From an uncultured delta proteobacterium (GTDB taxonomy: Bacteria > Desulfobacterota > Binatia > UBA9968): a stretch of DNA of 64,000 nucleotides. Location of the stretch: positions 1 through 64,000 of the forward strand of contig CAVUZH010000014.1 of assembly GCA_963745835.1 (NCBI GenBank), read 5' to 3'. A model generated the notes under the pieces. The model ran no database searches, was not told the DNA's origin, and was given only the letters and a program-made list of their open reading frames with translations. Positions 38,773-51,735 of the stretch are shown here, in pieces; position 1 is the first letter of the stretch; every line of letters begins with the position of its first letter. The translations under genes and the position numbers were made by a program.

Positions 38773-39976
38773 GTTTGCCTCCCCTCGATTAACGCCTCCA
38801 TAAGCTTGAAGGCTTGCTTGGCGACCACGCCGGTTTTCGCAGCGTCCCTCTCATTGTATCCGACAGTGCCGTTATTGCGAGGCTCTTGCGGAGAATAAAG
38901 CACGAACGGCACTGGATCAGAAACGTGGGTCTTGAGCGCGATCGCAGTTGGATGGTCGGGCATCAATAGAACACGCCAATCTTTTCTGTGGGCCATGCCT
39001 TTGAGCACGGTACCGACAACTTTTCATCGAAATCCTCGAGCGCCTGGATTTTTTTCTCGACATCACCCATATGGCCGGCCTCATCGGTGGCTTCGACGTG
39101 GATGAAAACAAAATCGTTGTTCTCGAGCGATTTGACGCCGTACTCACCTTTGCCACGATAATTAGTATCCAAAAACCCGGTGATACCCGGCACATCTATC
39201 CTTTGGAGGCCAGCGTAGACGCCAAGACCGTGAATAATATCTACCGCGGAGATAACGCCGCCTTTGATGCCGAAGCGCTTCGTCAAAGGGGGCAGCGCCG
39301 GCGCCCGGCCTTGTCCCCACAACCAAATGCTGGTGGCGCTTCGTTGACCTTGAGTCTGTCGCGTTTGATTGACCGGGTGATCGGCGAGAACCGCCTGCGA
39401 AGCTTCCATGAGCTTAAGCAATCGATCAGCGCCATCGCCGTTGGGCATGAAGCCGGAAATTTTCTGATCGGTGATATCGTGCGGCGGGGTTGTTTGCATC
39501 TTTTCTTTGCCGTCGCGCCAAACCATCAGGTGCCGGTAGCTGACGCCGGGAAAGAACTCGATACCATCACCGCCAAGCGCGCCTGCCAGGTCGGCTATAA
39601 TCCTTCGAGCTTCTTCAGTGGTGATATGACCGGCGGTAAAGTCCTCCATCACGATATCACTGCCGCCGCCCCCCAAGGTAACCAGATTACAGCGGAACGC
39701 GATATCCTTGGGTCCAAGCGTAACTCCCATGCTGGCAGCTTCCAAAGGCGACCGGCCGGTGTGATACAGCGCAGGATCGTAGCCCATGATACTCATATTG
39801 CCGACGTCGCTGCCGGGCGGAAAGCCTTTCGGAATCACGTGAGCCAAGCCAAACACTCCGCGCGCCGCGAGCCAATCCATGTTCGGCGTCCTGGCAGCTT
39901 CGAGAGGAGTCTTGCCGCCAAGAACGCCGAGCGGATAGTCTGCCATGCCGTCACCCTGAAGAATGATGAATTTCAT
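38757..39976 (-). CDS. apgM: cofactor-independent phosphoglycerate mutase, ApgM type (frameshift near 39020)
   Basis: GDGMAD, PGSDV, HVEATDEAGH, PDHPT. Confidence 0.88.
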
Positions 39977-40118
39977 TTTTGCTAATTTCATTTGATGAAA
40001 TCCTAACCGCATTGCTACTCAGTAGAAGTTGGGCACTCATGGATCGACAGTCATACCTTGAAACAAGCCACAGACGAACAGATCTATAACATCTCTGGCG
40101 CTCGATCGATGGCCCCTC

Positions 40119-41507
40119 TCATCTGGCGGCCCAAATCGGAAACCAAACAGGATCAACTACGATATAATCTCGAACGCGCACCGAATCCAGAGCGGCACGG
40201 ACTTGACGCAAGGTCGCTCGCTCGAGAGTTATCACGAAAGGCAAAAGTTCCTTGAAGTTTTCTTTTAGATTATAACTGAGGGCCAACGCTTGCCGCTCGT
40301 CGTCGCTGTGTCTGAGCTGCCAGATCTCTGCGATATTTACTCCAAGAGCGCCAAACGTTTGACCGATATCGCCAACGATGCCAGGTCGATCCTTGACGAT
40401 AAAACGAACATAGAAAGAGCCATCGATATCGTCTTGCGGCTGCAGCGCAAGTCTTCCCGGTTGCACCAGGCTCGGCAAGCCGGTAAACCACGCCTGTTGG
40501 GCTCGCGCCAATTCACAGACGTCGCCAAGTACGGCGACAGCCGTCGGACCACCGCCCGCGCCGGGACCGACCAGCACATAGTCGCAATCGCGATCCCGAC
40601 GTATGCCGCCGCTTTTTTTGCCATTAAAGCAGATTGCGTTAGTTGCGCCATCGATGTCGGCGAGGAGATTGCCGCGCGGCATCAAAACCGGAGAGACAAA
40701 CACCTGAACCGACGAGCCGATTCGCTTTGCCACCGCCAGATGTTTGATCGTGCTCGACCCGGTTCGTCCGGCGTAGCGAAAATCGACCGCATGAATATCT
40801 TCAATACCCTTGCGCCACGTGGTACCCGGCTGCAGTTGAAGCCCGAAGACCACCGAGCTCAATAACATTAACTTGGCTTCGGCGTCGCTGCCGCTTACGT
40901 CCGCCGTCGGATTGGTTTCAGCATAGCCTTTCTGCTGCGCCTCCTTGAGCGCTTCGGCATAGGGTTTGGCGGTCTTCTCCATTTGCGACAGGATGTAATT
41001 GCAGGTGCCGTTGACAATGCCAAAGACCGCTTCGGGTTCTTCGATCGCGAAGCTTTCAGTGAGCGATCGAATGACCGGAATGCCCCCGCCAACGCAAGCC
41101 TCGAAACGCAAGTGCCGTCCGCTCCGCTGCGCCGCTGCCCAGATTTCCGCGCCATAGCGCGCCAGTACCGCTTTATCGGAGGTCACCACCGATTTTCCGT
41201 TTTCGAAAGCGCGCAGGATGTAATCACGGAAAATCGCGAGATCGCCGGGCTCCTGAAATCCCAGCGCTTCTATGACGATTTCCACTGTAGGATCGTCAAT
41301 CACCTCGATTGCTTGCGAGGTGAAGAGCTCGGGACGATGCTTGAACCATTTTTTGCTATTGGGATTGCGAGTGTAGATCTTGCGGACGTCGAGTTCCAAA
41401 TCATCGCCGACTCTGCCCTGGGATCCGCCGAGAAGAGCGTCCTGAATGGCTTCGCCGACGACGCCGGCACCCAACAAACCGACGCCTATTTTACGCCGTG
41501 CAGTCAT
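40119..41507 (-). CDS. hom: homoserine dehydrogenase with ACT domain
   Basis: GAGVVG, FEACVGGGIP, NGTCNYIL, GAGGGPTA, DRPGIV. Confidence 0.92.
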   Translation of the reverse strand: MTARRKIGVGLLGAGVVGEAIQDALLGGSQGRVGDDLELDVRKIYTRNPNSKKWFKHRPELFTSQAIEVIDDPTVEIVIEALGFQEPGDLAIFRDYILRAFENGKSVVTSDKAVLARYGAEIWAAAQRSGRHLRFEACVGGGIPVIRSLTESFAIEEPEAVFGIVNGTCNYILSQMEKTAKPYAEALKEAQQKGYAETNPTADVSGSDAEAKLMLLSSVVFGLQLQPGTTWRKGIEDIHAVDFRYAGRTGSSTIKHLAVAKRIGSSVQVFVSPVLMPRGNLLADIDGATNAICFNGKKSGGIRRDRDCDYVLVGPGAGGGPTAVAVLGDVCELARAQQAWFTGLPSLVQPGRLALQPQDDIDGSFYVRFIVKDRPGIVGDIGQTFGALGVNIAEIWQLRHSDDERQALALSYNLKENFKELLPFVITLERATLRQVRAALDSVRVRDYIVVDPVWFPIWAAR

Positions 41508-41557
41508 CGAAGTATGAAAGCTATTTGGAGTTCCGCCTGAGCCGTTTTAAGCGCGCG

Positions 41558-42736
41558 CTAATCCAGCAATCTACCGAGAGCGCGCTTGATGTTGCGAACC
41601 GCCTGCTTAGTTCGATGCTCGTTCTCGATCAAGGCGAATCGGACGTGATCGTCGCCATACTGTCCGAATCCGATGCCGGGGGATACCGCCACTTTGGCTT
41701 CTTGCAGGATAAATTTGGCAAATTCGATGGAACCCATTTTTTTCGCGGCTTGGGGAATTTCGGCCCATACGAACATCGTGCCCTTCGGTTTTCTGATCGG
41801 CCAACCGGCGCGGACGAGACCATCGATCAAGCAGTCGCGCCGTTTTTGATACATTGAGCGAATTTCCTCGACACAATCCTGCGGTCCGTTTAACGCCTGT
41901 ATGGCCGCGATTTGCACCGGCTGGAAGATCCCGTAGTCGAGATAGCTTTTGATCCGCGCTAGCGCATGAATGATATCTTTGTTGCCGACGGCGAAACCGA
42001 CGCGCCAACCTGGCATGTTGTAGCTTTTGGAAAGCGAGAAGAACTCTACCCCAACCTCCTTGGCTCCGGGTACCTGCAGAAAACTCGGCGCTCGATAGCC
42101 GTCGAATGTGAGATCGGCGTACGCCAAATCGTGTACAACGATTAGGTCGTACTCTTTGGCAAATTGGACGATGCGCTCAAAAAAGTCCAGTTCGACGACT
42201 TCAGTGGTCGGATTATGCGGGAAACTGATGATCAACATTTTCGGCTTGGGCCAGGTCTGCTTGATGGCTTCTTCGAGATGGCCGAAAAAGTCCTCACTGG
42301 TAATCAGCGGAATGCAACGAAGATCCCCTCCGGCCAGAACCACCGCATACTGGTGAATCGGATAAGTGGGGCTGGGGCACAACACCACGTCGCCGGGATC
42401 GATGGTGGCCCAGGCTAAATGAGACAATCCTTCTTTGGCGCCGATGGTGACGATGGCTTCGGCATCTGGATCGATATCGACCTGGTAGCGCCGCTGATAC
42501 CAATCTGAGATTGCCACGCGCAGTTTGTAGATGCCGCGCGACACCGAGTAACGATGGTTCTGCGGTTTGCTTGCCGCCTCGATAAGCTTTGCCACCACAT
42601 GGGGCGGCGTCGGCAGATCGGGGTTACCCATACCGAAGTCAACAATGTCTTCGCCGCGGTGACGCGCCTGCATCTTCATGCCATCGATGATGCTAAACAC
42701 ATACGGCGGCAGCCGCTTGATGCGCTGAAATTCCAC
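41558..42736 (-). CDS. alaC: PLP-dependent aminotransferase class I/II (AlaC-like)
   Basis: [34 protein letters not shown]. Confidence 0.8.
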   Translation of the reverse strand: MEFQRIKRLPPYVFSIIDGMKMQARHRGEDIVDFGMGNPDLPTPPHVVAKLIEAASKPQNHRYSVSRGIYKLRVAISDWYQRRYQVDIDPDAEAIVTIGAKEGLSHLAWATIDPGDVVLCPSPTYPIHQYAVVLAGGDLRCIPLITSEDFFGHLEEAIKQTWPKPKMLIISFPHNPTTEVVELDFFERIVQFAKEYDLIVVHDLAYADLTFDGYRAPSFLQVPGAKEVGVEFFSLSKSYNMPGWRVGFAVGNKDIIHALARIKSYLDYGIFQPVQIAAIQALNGPQDCVEEIRSMYQKRRDCLIDGLVRAGWPIRKPKGTMFVWAEIPQAAKKMGSIEFAKFILQEAKVAVSPGIGFGQYGDDHVRFALIENEHRTKQAVRNIKRALGRLLD

Positions 42737-43056
42737 TCGACGCTACCTCGTTTCTGGTGAAAAACCTTTCGTTGCTTTTATAGGCCATCGGCCATTCTGG
42801 CGCAACTTTAGACCACGCCAATTCTGACATGAAGCCGCCAAAAAGACACGCAGTTTCGGCGATCTAACCGTTTCGTCGGCAGTTGAAATCGTGATTATTG
42901 CTCCATCAACAAGATCGCAATTGCGCGATCAAGGCGCCAGCTGGACGGTGAAAGCATCGGAACGAAAAGCTTCATGACCTGCTTTGAGCCGGCTTCGCGC
43001 TCGGACTGTGTCCAGCTACCTGGAAGGCTCGGGCCTTTAATCACGTATCTGATTTG

Positions 43057-45171
43057 CTAACCGACAGCGCCCAACTGTAAACGTTGACCCCAACGCTGGA
43101 GCAGAATCCGACGCATCTCTTGCGACTCGCGGCTCTTGAGCTCCGGATCACTTTGCAGCCAAATCTGCGCTTCGGCTCGTGCGTCGATCAACAAGCGGCT
43201 ATCGCGGGCCAGATTGGCAAGACGAAAATCGCTCAGACCGGACTGTCGTGTGCCCAAAAATTCGCCCGGCCCGCGCAGCGCCAAATCGGCTTCGGCGATG
43301 CGAAAACCGTCCGACTCGCGCTCCATCACACGCAGTCGTTGCTGCGCAACCGGATTTCTCGGCGTACGGTTGACCAGGAGACAGTAGGCCGCCGCGCTGC
43401 CTCGCCCAACGCGGCCGCGGAGTTGGTGCAATTGCGACAAGCCGAACCGCTCAGCGTGCTCAATCACCATCACCGTGGCGTTGGGGATGTCGATGCCCAC
43501 TTCGATCACGGTGGTCGATACCAAGACGCGGATGCTTCCGTCGCGAAAGGCGCGCATCACCTGGTCTCGCTCGGCGCTAGCCATGCGACCATGTACCAGG
43601 CCAACGCCAAAATCTTTGAACACCGACTGGCGCATCTTTTCGGCCATCTGCGTGGCGTCGCGAACATGCTGAAGTTGTTCCGAGGCTTCCACCAGCGGGT
43701 AAACAACGAAAACTTGATGGCCCAGGCGCAATTCTTCCAGAACCCGTAAGTAAACCGTTTTTCGTTGTGACTCGGTAAACACCTTGGTTTTTACCGGCAG
43801 TCGTCCAGGCGGCATTTCGTCGATAACCGAGATATCCATGTCGCCGTAGAGCACCATCGCCAGACTGCGCGGAATCGGCGTTGCGCTCATCAGCAGCATG
43901 TGCGGCTGTCCGCGTGAGGGAAATCGAAGTATCGGCGCGGCCGGTAATGCGTTGCAGGGCCAGGCGCTGAACCACCCCGAAACGATGCTGTTCGTCGATG
44001 ACACCCAGGGCCATGCGCGGTACGTGCACGCCTTCTTGAATCAGCGCGTGGGTACCGATGACCAACTGAATACCGCCTTTGGAGATCTCATCGAGAGCAG
44101 CGTTGCGTTCTTTGGCCGTCAGCGAACCGGTCACCAGCCTCGCTTTAATTGCAAGTTTCTCCGCGTAGGGTTGGATACTGCGATAATGTTGTTCGGCTAA
44201 AAGCTCGGTGGGAGCCATCCAAACGGCTTGAAATCCGTTTTCAATGACGCGCAACGAACTGAACCAGGCAATCATAGTCTTGCCGGCGCCGACGTCGCCT
44301 TGGACCAAACGCTGCATCATCTGGGCAGATTCCATATTTTCGGTGATCTCCGCTCAAGACTCGTTGCTGCGCGCCGGTCAGCTTAAACGGCAAGAGCGCT
44401 GCCATTTTTTGCGTCAATTGCTCGCCGCCACGTTTGACAAGAACGCCGCGGCTGCCGCGATTTTTCTTCTTCCTGATTGCCAGGCCCAGTTGAAGATAAA
44501 ACAGTTCATCAAAGATAATTGCGCGATGCGCCGGTGAGGAAAAGCTATTGAGTGCCGCCACGCTTGCTTGCGCCGGCGGCTGATGGAGCTGAACCAGCGC
44601 GTCGGTTGGGTCGATCAACTTTTGACGCTGCATGGTCGACAGCGGCAGATGGCTCGACAAATTGCCTCGATAGGCAGTAAGCGCTTCGCTAACCCACTTG
44701 CGCATCAACGAAAGCGGGACTGTTGCGGGATGCTCGTACACAGGAAGAATCTTTGGCTCCTTCCAAGAATCGTCGCCTTCGAGTATCTCGAATTCTGGAT
44801 GGACAAGCTGTCTCAACCCGCCCATGCCCGCTTCGACCTTGCCATGAACGGCCAAACACTGTCCGGGAATTAAAGCATTGACCAAATATGAAGGCGCGCG
44901 ATACCAGACAAGACCCATGGCGCCGCTCTGATCAGTTAATCGACCAATCAAAACCTGTGAGCGCCGGCGCGAGGTTGTATTTTTTTTGAATTACCGCCAG
45001 CGCGCCAATAAAGGTTTCCTCTTGGCCGACGATGGCTTGGTCTATGTTTTTAACCTGGCGCCGGTCCTCGTACCGAAACGGCAGATGGTACAAAAGATCC
45101 TCAACTGTTTGCAGCCCGAAAGCAGCCAACTGCTCGGCGCGCTTGGGACCGATACCTTTGAGATAACGCAA
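43057..45171 (-). CDS. recG: ATP-dependent DNA helicase RecG (split by about 3 frameshifts)
   Basis: LKGIGPKRA, QGDVGAGKT, DEQHRFG, SATPIPR, QLHQLRGRVGRG across consecutive frames. Confidence 0.93.
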
Positions 45172-45276
45172 CGGCGTTTGAAGACTGCCGGCGGCGCGCT
45201 TGCGTCGATGAAGCGCTACCCGGCGTTGTTGGCGGTGATTTTATAGCGCGGCGGCGCGGCAGATTCATGAAGGCGG

Positions 45277-48200
45277 TTACGGCAGCGGATGATTGAGGTA
45301 ATCCTGCAACGCTTGAACTTCGAAGTCGTTGTTGCGCAGATACTCGATAGCCTCGGTGGCAGCCTGCGCGCCGGCCATAGTGGTAAAGTAAGGAATTTGA
45401 AAATCCAGCGCGCTACGCCGGAGATCATAGGAATCGGCCTGCGAATTCGCATCAGCCGGCGTATTGATCACCATGGCAATCTTTCCGGTTCTGATCTTAT
45501 CACCGATATGCGGACTGCCGTCTTGAACTTTGTTGACGATCTCGGTGGCTATGCCGTGCTCTTTGAAATAACCCGCGGTGCCCCGCGTTGCGATAATCCG
45601 AAATCCGCCGTGCTGCAGCCTTTGCGCAATGGCCGCAGCGATTTTCTTGTCTTCATCACGCACGCTGATAAACACCCGCCCTTTACGCGGCAGCCGCATA
45701 CCGCCGCCTAATTGCGCTTTCGCGAACGCAACTCCGAAATTGGCATCGATCCCCATCACTTCTCCGGTGGATTTCATCTCCGGCCCGAGCAAAGTATCGA
45801 CTCCGGGAAATTTGTTAAATGGAAAGACCGCCTCCTTCACTGAAATGTGTTTTGGCACTACCTCCATGGTGACGCCGAGTTCGCGTAGCTTGCGGCCAAC
45901 CATGATCCGCGCGGCGATTTTTGCCAGAGGCATACCGGTGGCTTTGCTGACGAAAGGAACCGTACGCGAGGCCCGAGGATTGACCTCGAGCACGAAGACA
46001 TTTGTGTCTTGGACGGCAAACTGAACATTCATCAGGCCGCGGACATTGAGAGCTTTGGCCAAGGCGATGCTATGTTGCCGGATTGTGTCTTGGACCTCCG
46101 CGCTGATCGATTTCGGCGGCAAACTACACGCGCTGTCGCCCGAATGCACGCCGGCCCGCTCGATGTGTTCCATGATCCCGCCGATGATGACCTCATCCCC
46201 GTCCGCTAAAGCATCGACATCGACTTCGATGGCATCATCGAGAAATTTATCTACCAGCACCGGGTGCTCCGGCGATGCCGACACCGCATAGGTCATGTAG
46301 CGCCGTAACGCATTCCGCATCATAAACTATCTCCATTGCCCGTCCGCCGAGCACGTACGAGGGTCGAACCAGCACCGGATATCCCAAGCGCTCGGCGATG
46401 TGAAAGGCCTCTTCATAGGAACGCGCGATACCGTTATCGGGTTGTCTGATGTCTAGTCTTTTGAGCAGCGCGGAAAAGCGCTCGCGGTCTTCGGCCAGAT
46501 CGATGCTGTCCGGCGAGGTGCCGATTATTTTTACTCCGGCGCGTTCTAGCGGCAATGCCAATTTAAGCGGCGTTTGCCCGCCGAACTGAACGATGACGCC
46601 GTCGGGATTTTCCCGATCGACAATATTCAGAACCTCTTCCAGGGTGAGGGGCTCGAAGTAGAGCTTGTCCGAAGTGTCGTAGTCGGTGCTGACAGTCTCC
46701 GGGTTGCAATTGACCATGATGGTCTCGTAGCCGTCTTCTTTGAGCGCAAAGGCGGCATGCACGCAGCAGTAATCGAACTCGATACCCTGGCCGATTCGAT
46801 TGGGGCCGCCGCCGAGAATCATGATTTTTTTGCGCTGCGTCCGCTTTGATTCATCTTCGCCTTCGTAAGTCGAATAGAGGTAAGGGGTAAACGCTTTGAA
46901 TTCAGCGCCGCAAGTATCCACCGAACAAAATACCGCCTCGATACCCTGAGACTTTCGTAGACGGCGCACTTCGTCTTCAGTCGTTCCCGTCAGATTGGCA
47001 AGCCGCGCATCGGCAAAGCCCATCTGTTTCCAATCTCGCATCGCCTCGCTGCTGACTTCATTCAACTTGCCGCGATGTCGCCGCGATCTCGCCCTCGGTA
47101 GCGACGATCTCGCGCACCTTTTCGACGAACCATGGATCAATACGGGACAGCTCATAGATCTCTTCGGCGGGCATGCCGAGCCGGAACGCATCGGCCAAGT
47201 ACCATAGCCGTTGTGAATTCGGATTTTTCAGTTTCTCACGAACGGTGTTCAAGGCCTGATCACGTCGATCAAGCGATAGGTCTATCCGAGGCTCAAAGCC
47301 AAAGGAACCGATCTCGAGAGAACGCATGGATTTTTGCAGCGACTCTTTGAAGGTGCGCCCAATCGCCATGGCTTCGCCTACGGACTTCATCTGCGGCGTC
47401 AGTAAATCTTTGGCTTGGGGAAACTTTTCAAAGGTGAAGCGTGGAATTTTGACTACGACATAGTCTATAGTCGGCTCGAAGCAAGCCGGCGTTTCCCGTG
47501 TGATGTCGTTGCGGATCTCGTCCAACGTGTAGCCGATCGCCAGCTTCGCGGCGATTTTCGCGATGGGGAAACCGGTTGCTTTGCTCGCCAACGCCGAGCT
47601 TCGCGATACCCGCGGGTTCATCTCGATAACCACCATGCGGCCATCTTTCGGATTGACCGCGAATTGAATATTGGAACCGCCGGTTTCGACGCCGATTTCT
47701 CGAATCACGCGCAACGAGGCGTCGCGCATGATCTGATATTCTTTGTCGGTCAAGGTTTGCGCCGGCGCGACTGTGATCGAGTCCCCTGTGTGCACACCCA
47801 TGGGGTCGAAGTTTTCGATGGAGCAAATGATCACAACGTTGTCCTTATGATCGCGCATCACCTCGAGCTCGAACTCTTTCCAGCCGATGATCGACTCTTC
47901 GATCAACACTTCGTGCACCGGTGAAATGCTCAAGCCCGCTTGCACCACCTCTTGGAACTCCTCCGGGCCAAAGGCGAAACTGCCGCCGCTGCCGCCGAGC
48001 GTGCGTGAGGCGCGGATGATGACTGGGAAGTCGAGACGCTTCTGAATGCGCATGGCATCGCGCATGCTGCGCGCGTAGCCGCTGCGCGGCAGATCCAAAC
48101 CGGCCCGTTTCATCGCTTCCTTGAACAGGTCCCGGTCCTCGGCCTTCTTGATCGATTCCAGTTTGGCGCCGATCATCTCGACGCCGTAACGTGCCAACAC

Positions 48201-48518
48201 CCCCTTCTCCGCCAGATCGATAGCCAGATTTAGCGCGGTTTGTCCGCCCAAGGTGGGCAGAAGAGCATCCGGCCGCTCCTTGGCGATCACCTTCTCGACG
48301 ATATCCGTGGTGATGGGCTCGATGTAGGTTCGATGCGCGAACTCCGGATCGGTCATGATGGTCGCAGGATTGGAGTTGACGAGAATGACCCGATAGCCCT
48401 CTTCTTTAAGCGCCTTGAGCGCCTGTGTGCCGGAATAATCGAATTCGCAAGCCTGGCCGATTATAATCGGACCTGAACTTATCAGCAGGATTGACTTGAT
48501 GTCAGTGCGTTTCGGCAT
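45277..48518 (-). CDS. carB: carbamoyl-phosphate synthase large subunit (split by 2 frameshifts)
   Basis: MPKRTDIK...[10 protein letters not shown]; [13 protein letters not shown]; EVNPRASRT. Confidence 0.96.
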
Positions 48519-48527
48519 GGAGAGCTG

Positions 48528-49700
48528 TTAACTCTGGTGCTGGTCCATTAATTCGATGAAGCGTTTGAAAAGATAGTTGGCATCGTGCGGCCCGGGTGAC
48601 GACTCGGGATGATATTGCACCGAGAAGATCGGCAGATCTCGATGCACCAGGCCCTCCACGGTGTTGTCGTTAAGATTGAGATGGGTAACTTCGACCGAAC
48701 CCTTTAAAGAATCGGCATCCACGGCGAAACCGTGGTTCTGCGATGTGATCTCTACTTTACGCGTGGTTAAGTCCATCACCGGCTGATTACCGCCATGGTG
48801 ACCGAATTTGAGTTTGTAGGTCTTGCCACCCAGGGCCAAACCCAAAATTTGATGGCCGAGGCAAATACCGAAAATTGGTTTCTTCCCGATCAACTTGCGG
48901 ACGTTGTCTTTGGCATAAGACACCGCATCCGGATCACCCGGTCCATTGGACAGAAATATGCCATCGGGGTTTAAGGCCAAAACATCTTCTCCGGAAGTAT
49001 GGGCGGGAACGACTCTTACCCGGCACCCGCTCTCGACGAGATTTCGCAAGATGTTGTACTTGATACCAAAATCGTAAGCCACAACGGAACGCACAGGGAC
49101 AGCAGAGCGTCCCCGATCCGTGGCATTTTTTTTTCGCCGTGAGTCGTCTGGCGGCTTACGATATCCTTCACCCAATCGCCACAAACCCTGATGCCATTCA
49201 TAGGCATTCGCACAGCTCACGTTGCGCACTAGATCTCGGCCCTCAAGTCCTGGAGCACCCTTGGCTTTTGCAATCGCCTCGTCAGTATTCTGGGAGCTGG
49301 TTGTGATCACGCCCACCTGGGCGCCACAATCGCGCAGATGACGGACCAGAGAACGTGTATCGATCCCTTGGATTCCGACGATGCCGTGCTGCTGCATATA
49401 AACATGCAACGGCTGTGTCGCGCGCCAATTACTCGGCACCGCCGTATACTCTTTGACGATGAAACCTTTGACAAAAGGCTTGTGGGATTCCACGTCCTCC
49501 GGGTTGATGCCGACGTTGCCGATCTGCGGATAAGTCATGGCCACGAGCTGGCCTTCGTATGAGGGGTCGGTGAGAATCTCCTGATACCCGGTCATACTGG
49601 TGTTAAACACGACTTCCCCCGCCGCTTCACCTTCGGCTCCAAAAGACGAGCCCTCGAAAGAGCGGCCGTCGGCCAAGGCCAATATTGCTTTTCTTAGCAT
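48528..49700 (-). CDS. carA: carbamoyl-phosphate synthase small subunit
   Basis: [29 protein letters not shown]. Confidence 0.97.
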   Translation of the reverse strand: MLRKAILALADGRSFEGSSFGAEGEAAGEVVFNTSMTGYQEILTDPSYEGQLVAMTYPQIGNVGINPEDVESHKPFVKGFIVKEYTAVPSNWRATQPLHVYMQQHGIVGIQGIDTRSLVRHLRDCGAQVGVITTSSQNTDEAIAKAKGAPGLEGRDLVRNVSCANAYEWHQGLWRLGEGYRKPPDDSRRKKNATDRGRSAVPVRSVVAYDFGIKYNILRNLVESGCRVRVVPAHTSGEDVLALNPDGIFLSNGPGDPDAVSYAKDNVRKLIGKKPIFGICLGHQILGLALGGKTYKLKFGHHGGNQPVMDLTTRKVEITSQNHGFAVDADSLKGSVEVTHLNLNDNTVEGLVHRDLPIFSVQYHPESSPGPHDANYLFKRFIELMDQHQS

Positions 49701-49802
49701 GGATTCCCATTCCAGCGTCTGCTGAAAAACCTCATGTAAAAGAATGATAAATCAAAATAAAAATTGAAAGGTAAGCATAATAGAAAATCGCGCATTTTAT
49801 AA

Positions 49803-51725
49803 TCAGCTGCGGCTCTCGCTTGGGTTAATGATTGAATAAACCAGCACCTTATCTTCCCCATCGGGCTCCCGTTCACGCAAATGAACACGCACGCGCTCGT
49901 GGTCTGCGGTGGGTATATGTTTACCAACGTAATTAGGCTTAACCGGAATCTGCCGATGCCCGCGGTCGATCAAAACCGCCAGACGCACGGATTGAGGCCG
50001 CCCCGATCTAAAAATGATGCTCAAGGCGGTCTTCACCGTTCGTCCGGTATGAATGACGTCATCAACTAGAATGATAGATCGATCGCGCAATTGGATCGGT
50101 CCTAACTCGGGATCCGTGGGAAACACGCGGCGAAGGTCTTCGCCCGCTCCATAAGTTTCAAGCTCGGCCAGTTCAAATTTTCGCTTTTGTGCTCGTTCTA
50201 GATTGGTGGCGATTCGTTGGGCGATCATCGATCCGTTGGTTTTAACGCCGACAATCAGCAAGCGGTCCGGAACGGCGCAATCATGCAATATCTGCGCGCT
50301 TATCTGCTGGATTGCAGAATCTACTTCAGCTTGATCCATAATGGCACGGCGTGGACCGCTCTTGTAAGGTCCGTAGCCGAGCTCTTCAGCTTGCTTGATG
50401 GAATCGAAGATCGCCAGTTCACCGTTCTTAAGCCAACGCGCAATGTTATCCGCAAGCGCGATATCGTAGGCGCAATACTTCTTTGACGTCGCTTGACCGA
50501 CGAGCTGCACTTTGAAGCGGTGGTCGCAGTAAAGGCATCGCAAAATCAATGCGCCGGCCGGACCTTCGGATTGAAGTTCAAAACGAAGCCGCGTCGAACC
50601 CGGCTCGTTGACAGTAATGCACTTGAGATTAGGACAATGCGGGCCGATCGGGTGTGGGCTTTCGAATAGCACCGAGCTTTTTGCCGTGTTGCTGATCCCT
50701 GCTCGGCGCCTTTTTTCAAAGAGAAAATGTAGCAGCGCCATACGAATAGGCACCCCATACGCGGCTTGCTTGAAATAGATACCGCGCCGATCCTTGTCAA
50801 GCTCCGGCGAAAGCTCGTCGACCCGCGGCAAGGGATGCATCACCACTGTGTCTTTGAAGCGCTGCTCTCTGAGAAATTTAGATCCGATGGTGGGATAGTC
50901 TCCCGCCGCCGCAGAGTTTGTCATGCGCTCTTTTTGCTTTCTCGTCATGTAAAAAGCGTCATAGCGCAATCCCGATACCAGACTCGTAATCCGCGTCTGA
51001 ATCGTGCTGTCCAGCGCGGTAAACAAAGCCAGCTGATGCGGCTGCTTGGGGGTGAGATAGAAAGCATCGGTCTCGGTAACCACGGCACTCAGATCGTCGC
51101 TGGCAACCGGCGCTAAGGTATACTGAAACTCACGCTCCAACCGCTCCAGAACGTAGTGTGGCAGCTCCATTCCGTTGGCTGCAAGAGTCACAACATTGGC
51201 GCCGAACCTGGCCAATGCATACACCAGAGAATGAATCGTGCGGCCGTTTTTTAAATCGCCGCAAATAACCACGTTGAGACCCTTGAGCTCGCCCTTCTCC
51301 TTGCGCAGGGTATAGAGATCGCAAAGCGTCTGGCTCGGATGTTCATGGCCGCCGTCCCCGGCATTGATCACCTGAACATCGGCGTGCTCAGCCACAGCCT
51401 GGACTGCGCCGTCCCAGTAATGCCGAACCACCAGGACGTCGGCATAACTCGAGACTACTTTGGCGGTATCCGCGACACTCTCTCCCTTGGCGGCCGACGA
51501 AGCCTGCATATCCGAACAGCTAATCACAGTGCCGCCGAGCCGCTGCATTGAAGATTCGAACGATAAACGAGTGCGAGTACTCGGTTCATAGAACAAAGTG
51601 GCCATGATCTTGCCGTTGCCGACCCTTTTACTGCGCAACTTGTCGGATGCGTCTGCCAAATCGAAAATCTCTTCGATCTCATCGTTGGTGAGGTCCGCGA
51701 TGGAAATTAGGTTAGCCGTGGTCAC
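49803..51725 (-). CDS. pyrB: aspartate carbamoyltransferase fused to a PyrI Zn domain and a PyrR-like PRTase domain
   Basis: FYEPSTRTRLSFE, HPSQ, MHPLPR; CPNLKC...CLYC; VDDVIHTGRT, LIDRGHR. Confidence 0.9.
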   Translation of the reverse strand: MTTANLISIADLTNDEIEEIFDLADASDKLRSKRVGNGKIMATLFYEPSTRTRLSFESSMQRLGGTVISCSDMQASSAAKGESVADTAKVVSSYADVLVVRHYWDGAVQAVAEHADVQVINAGDGGHEHPSQTLCDLYTLRKEKGELKGLNVVICGDLKNGRTIHSLVYALARFGANVVTLAANGMELPHYVLERLEREFQYTLAPVASDDLSAVVTETDAFYLTPKQPHQLALFTALDSTIQTRITSLVSGLRYDAFYMTRKQKERMTNSAAAGDYPTIGSKFLREQRFKDTVVMHPLPRVDELSPELDKDRRGIYFKQAAYGVPIRMALLHFLFEKRRRAGISNTAKSSVLFESPHPIGPHCPNLKCITVNEPGSTRLRFELQSEGPAGALILRCLYCDHRFKVQLVGQATSKKYCAYDIALADNIARWLKNGELAIFDSIKQAEELGYGPYKSGPRRAIMDQAEVDSAIQQISAQILHDCAVPDRLLIVGVKTNGSMIAQRIATNLERAQKRKFELAELETYGAGEDLRRVFPTDPELGPIQLRDRSIILVDDVIHTGRTVKTALSIIFRSGRPQSVRLAVLIDRGHRQIPVKPNYVGKHIPTADHERVRVHLREREPDGEDKVLVYSIINPSESRS

Positions 51726-51735
51726 GTTCGATTCC

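Noticed and set aside
18100-39985. Long antisense ORFs (e.g. 18100-19137, 37837-38706, 39071-39985)
   Set aside because: These are shadow frames opposite well-conserved genes and carry no recognisable motifs.
43057-48518. recG and carB (also apgM, tcmP, dinB, FGE, HAO, yfcE and the protease) split into several ORFs: pseudogenes or programmed frameshifts?
   Set aside because: Single-base shifts are scattered across core and accessory genes with otherwise intact motifs. This is most consistent with uncorrected assembly indels; read polishing is needed to confirm.
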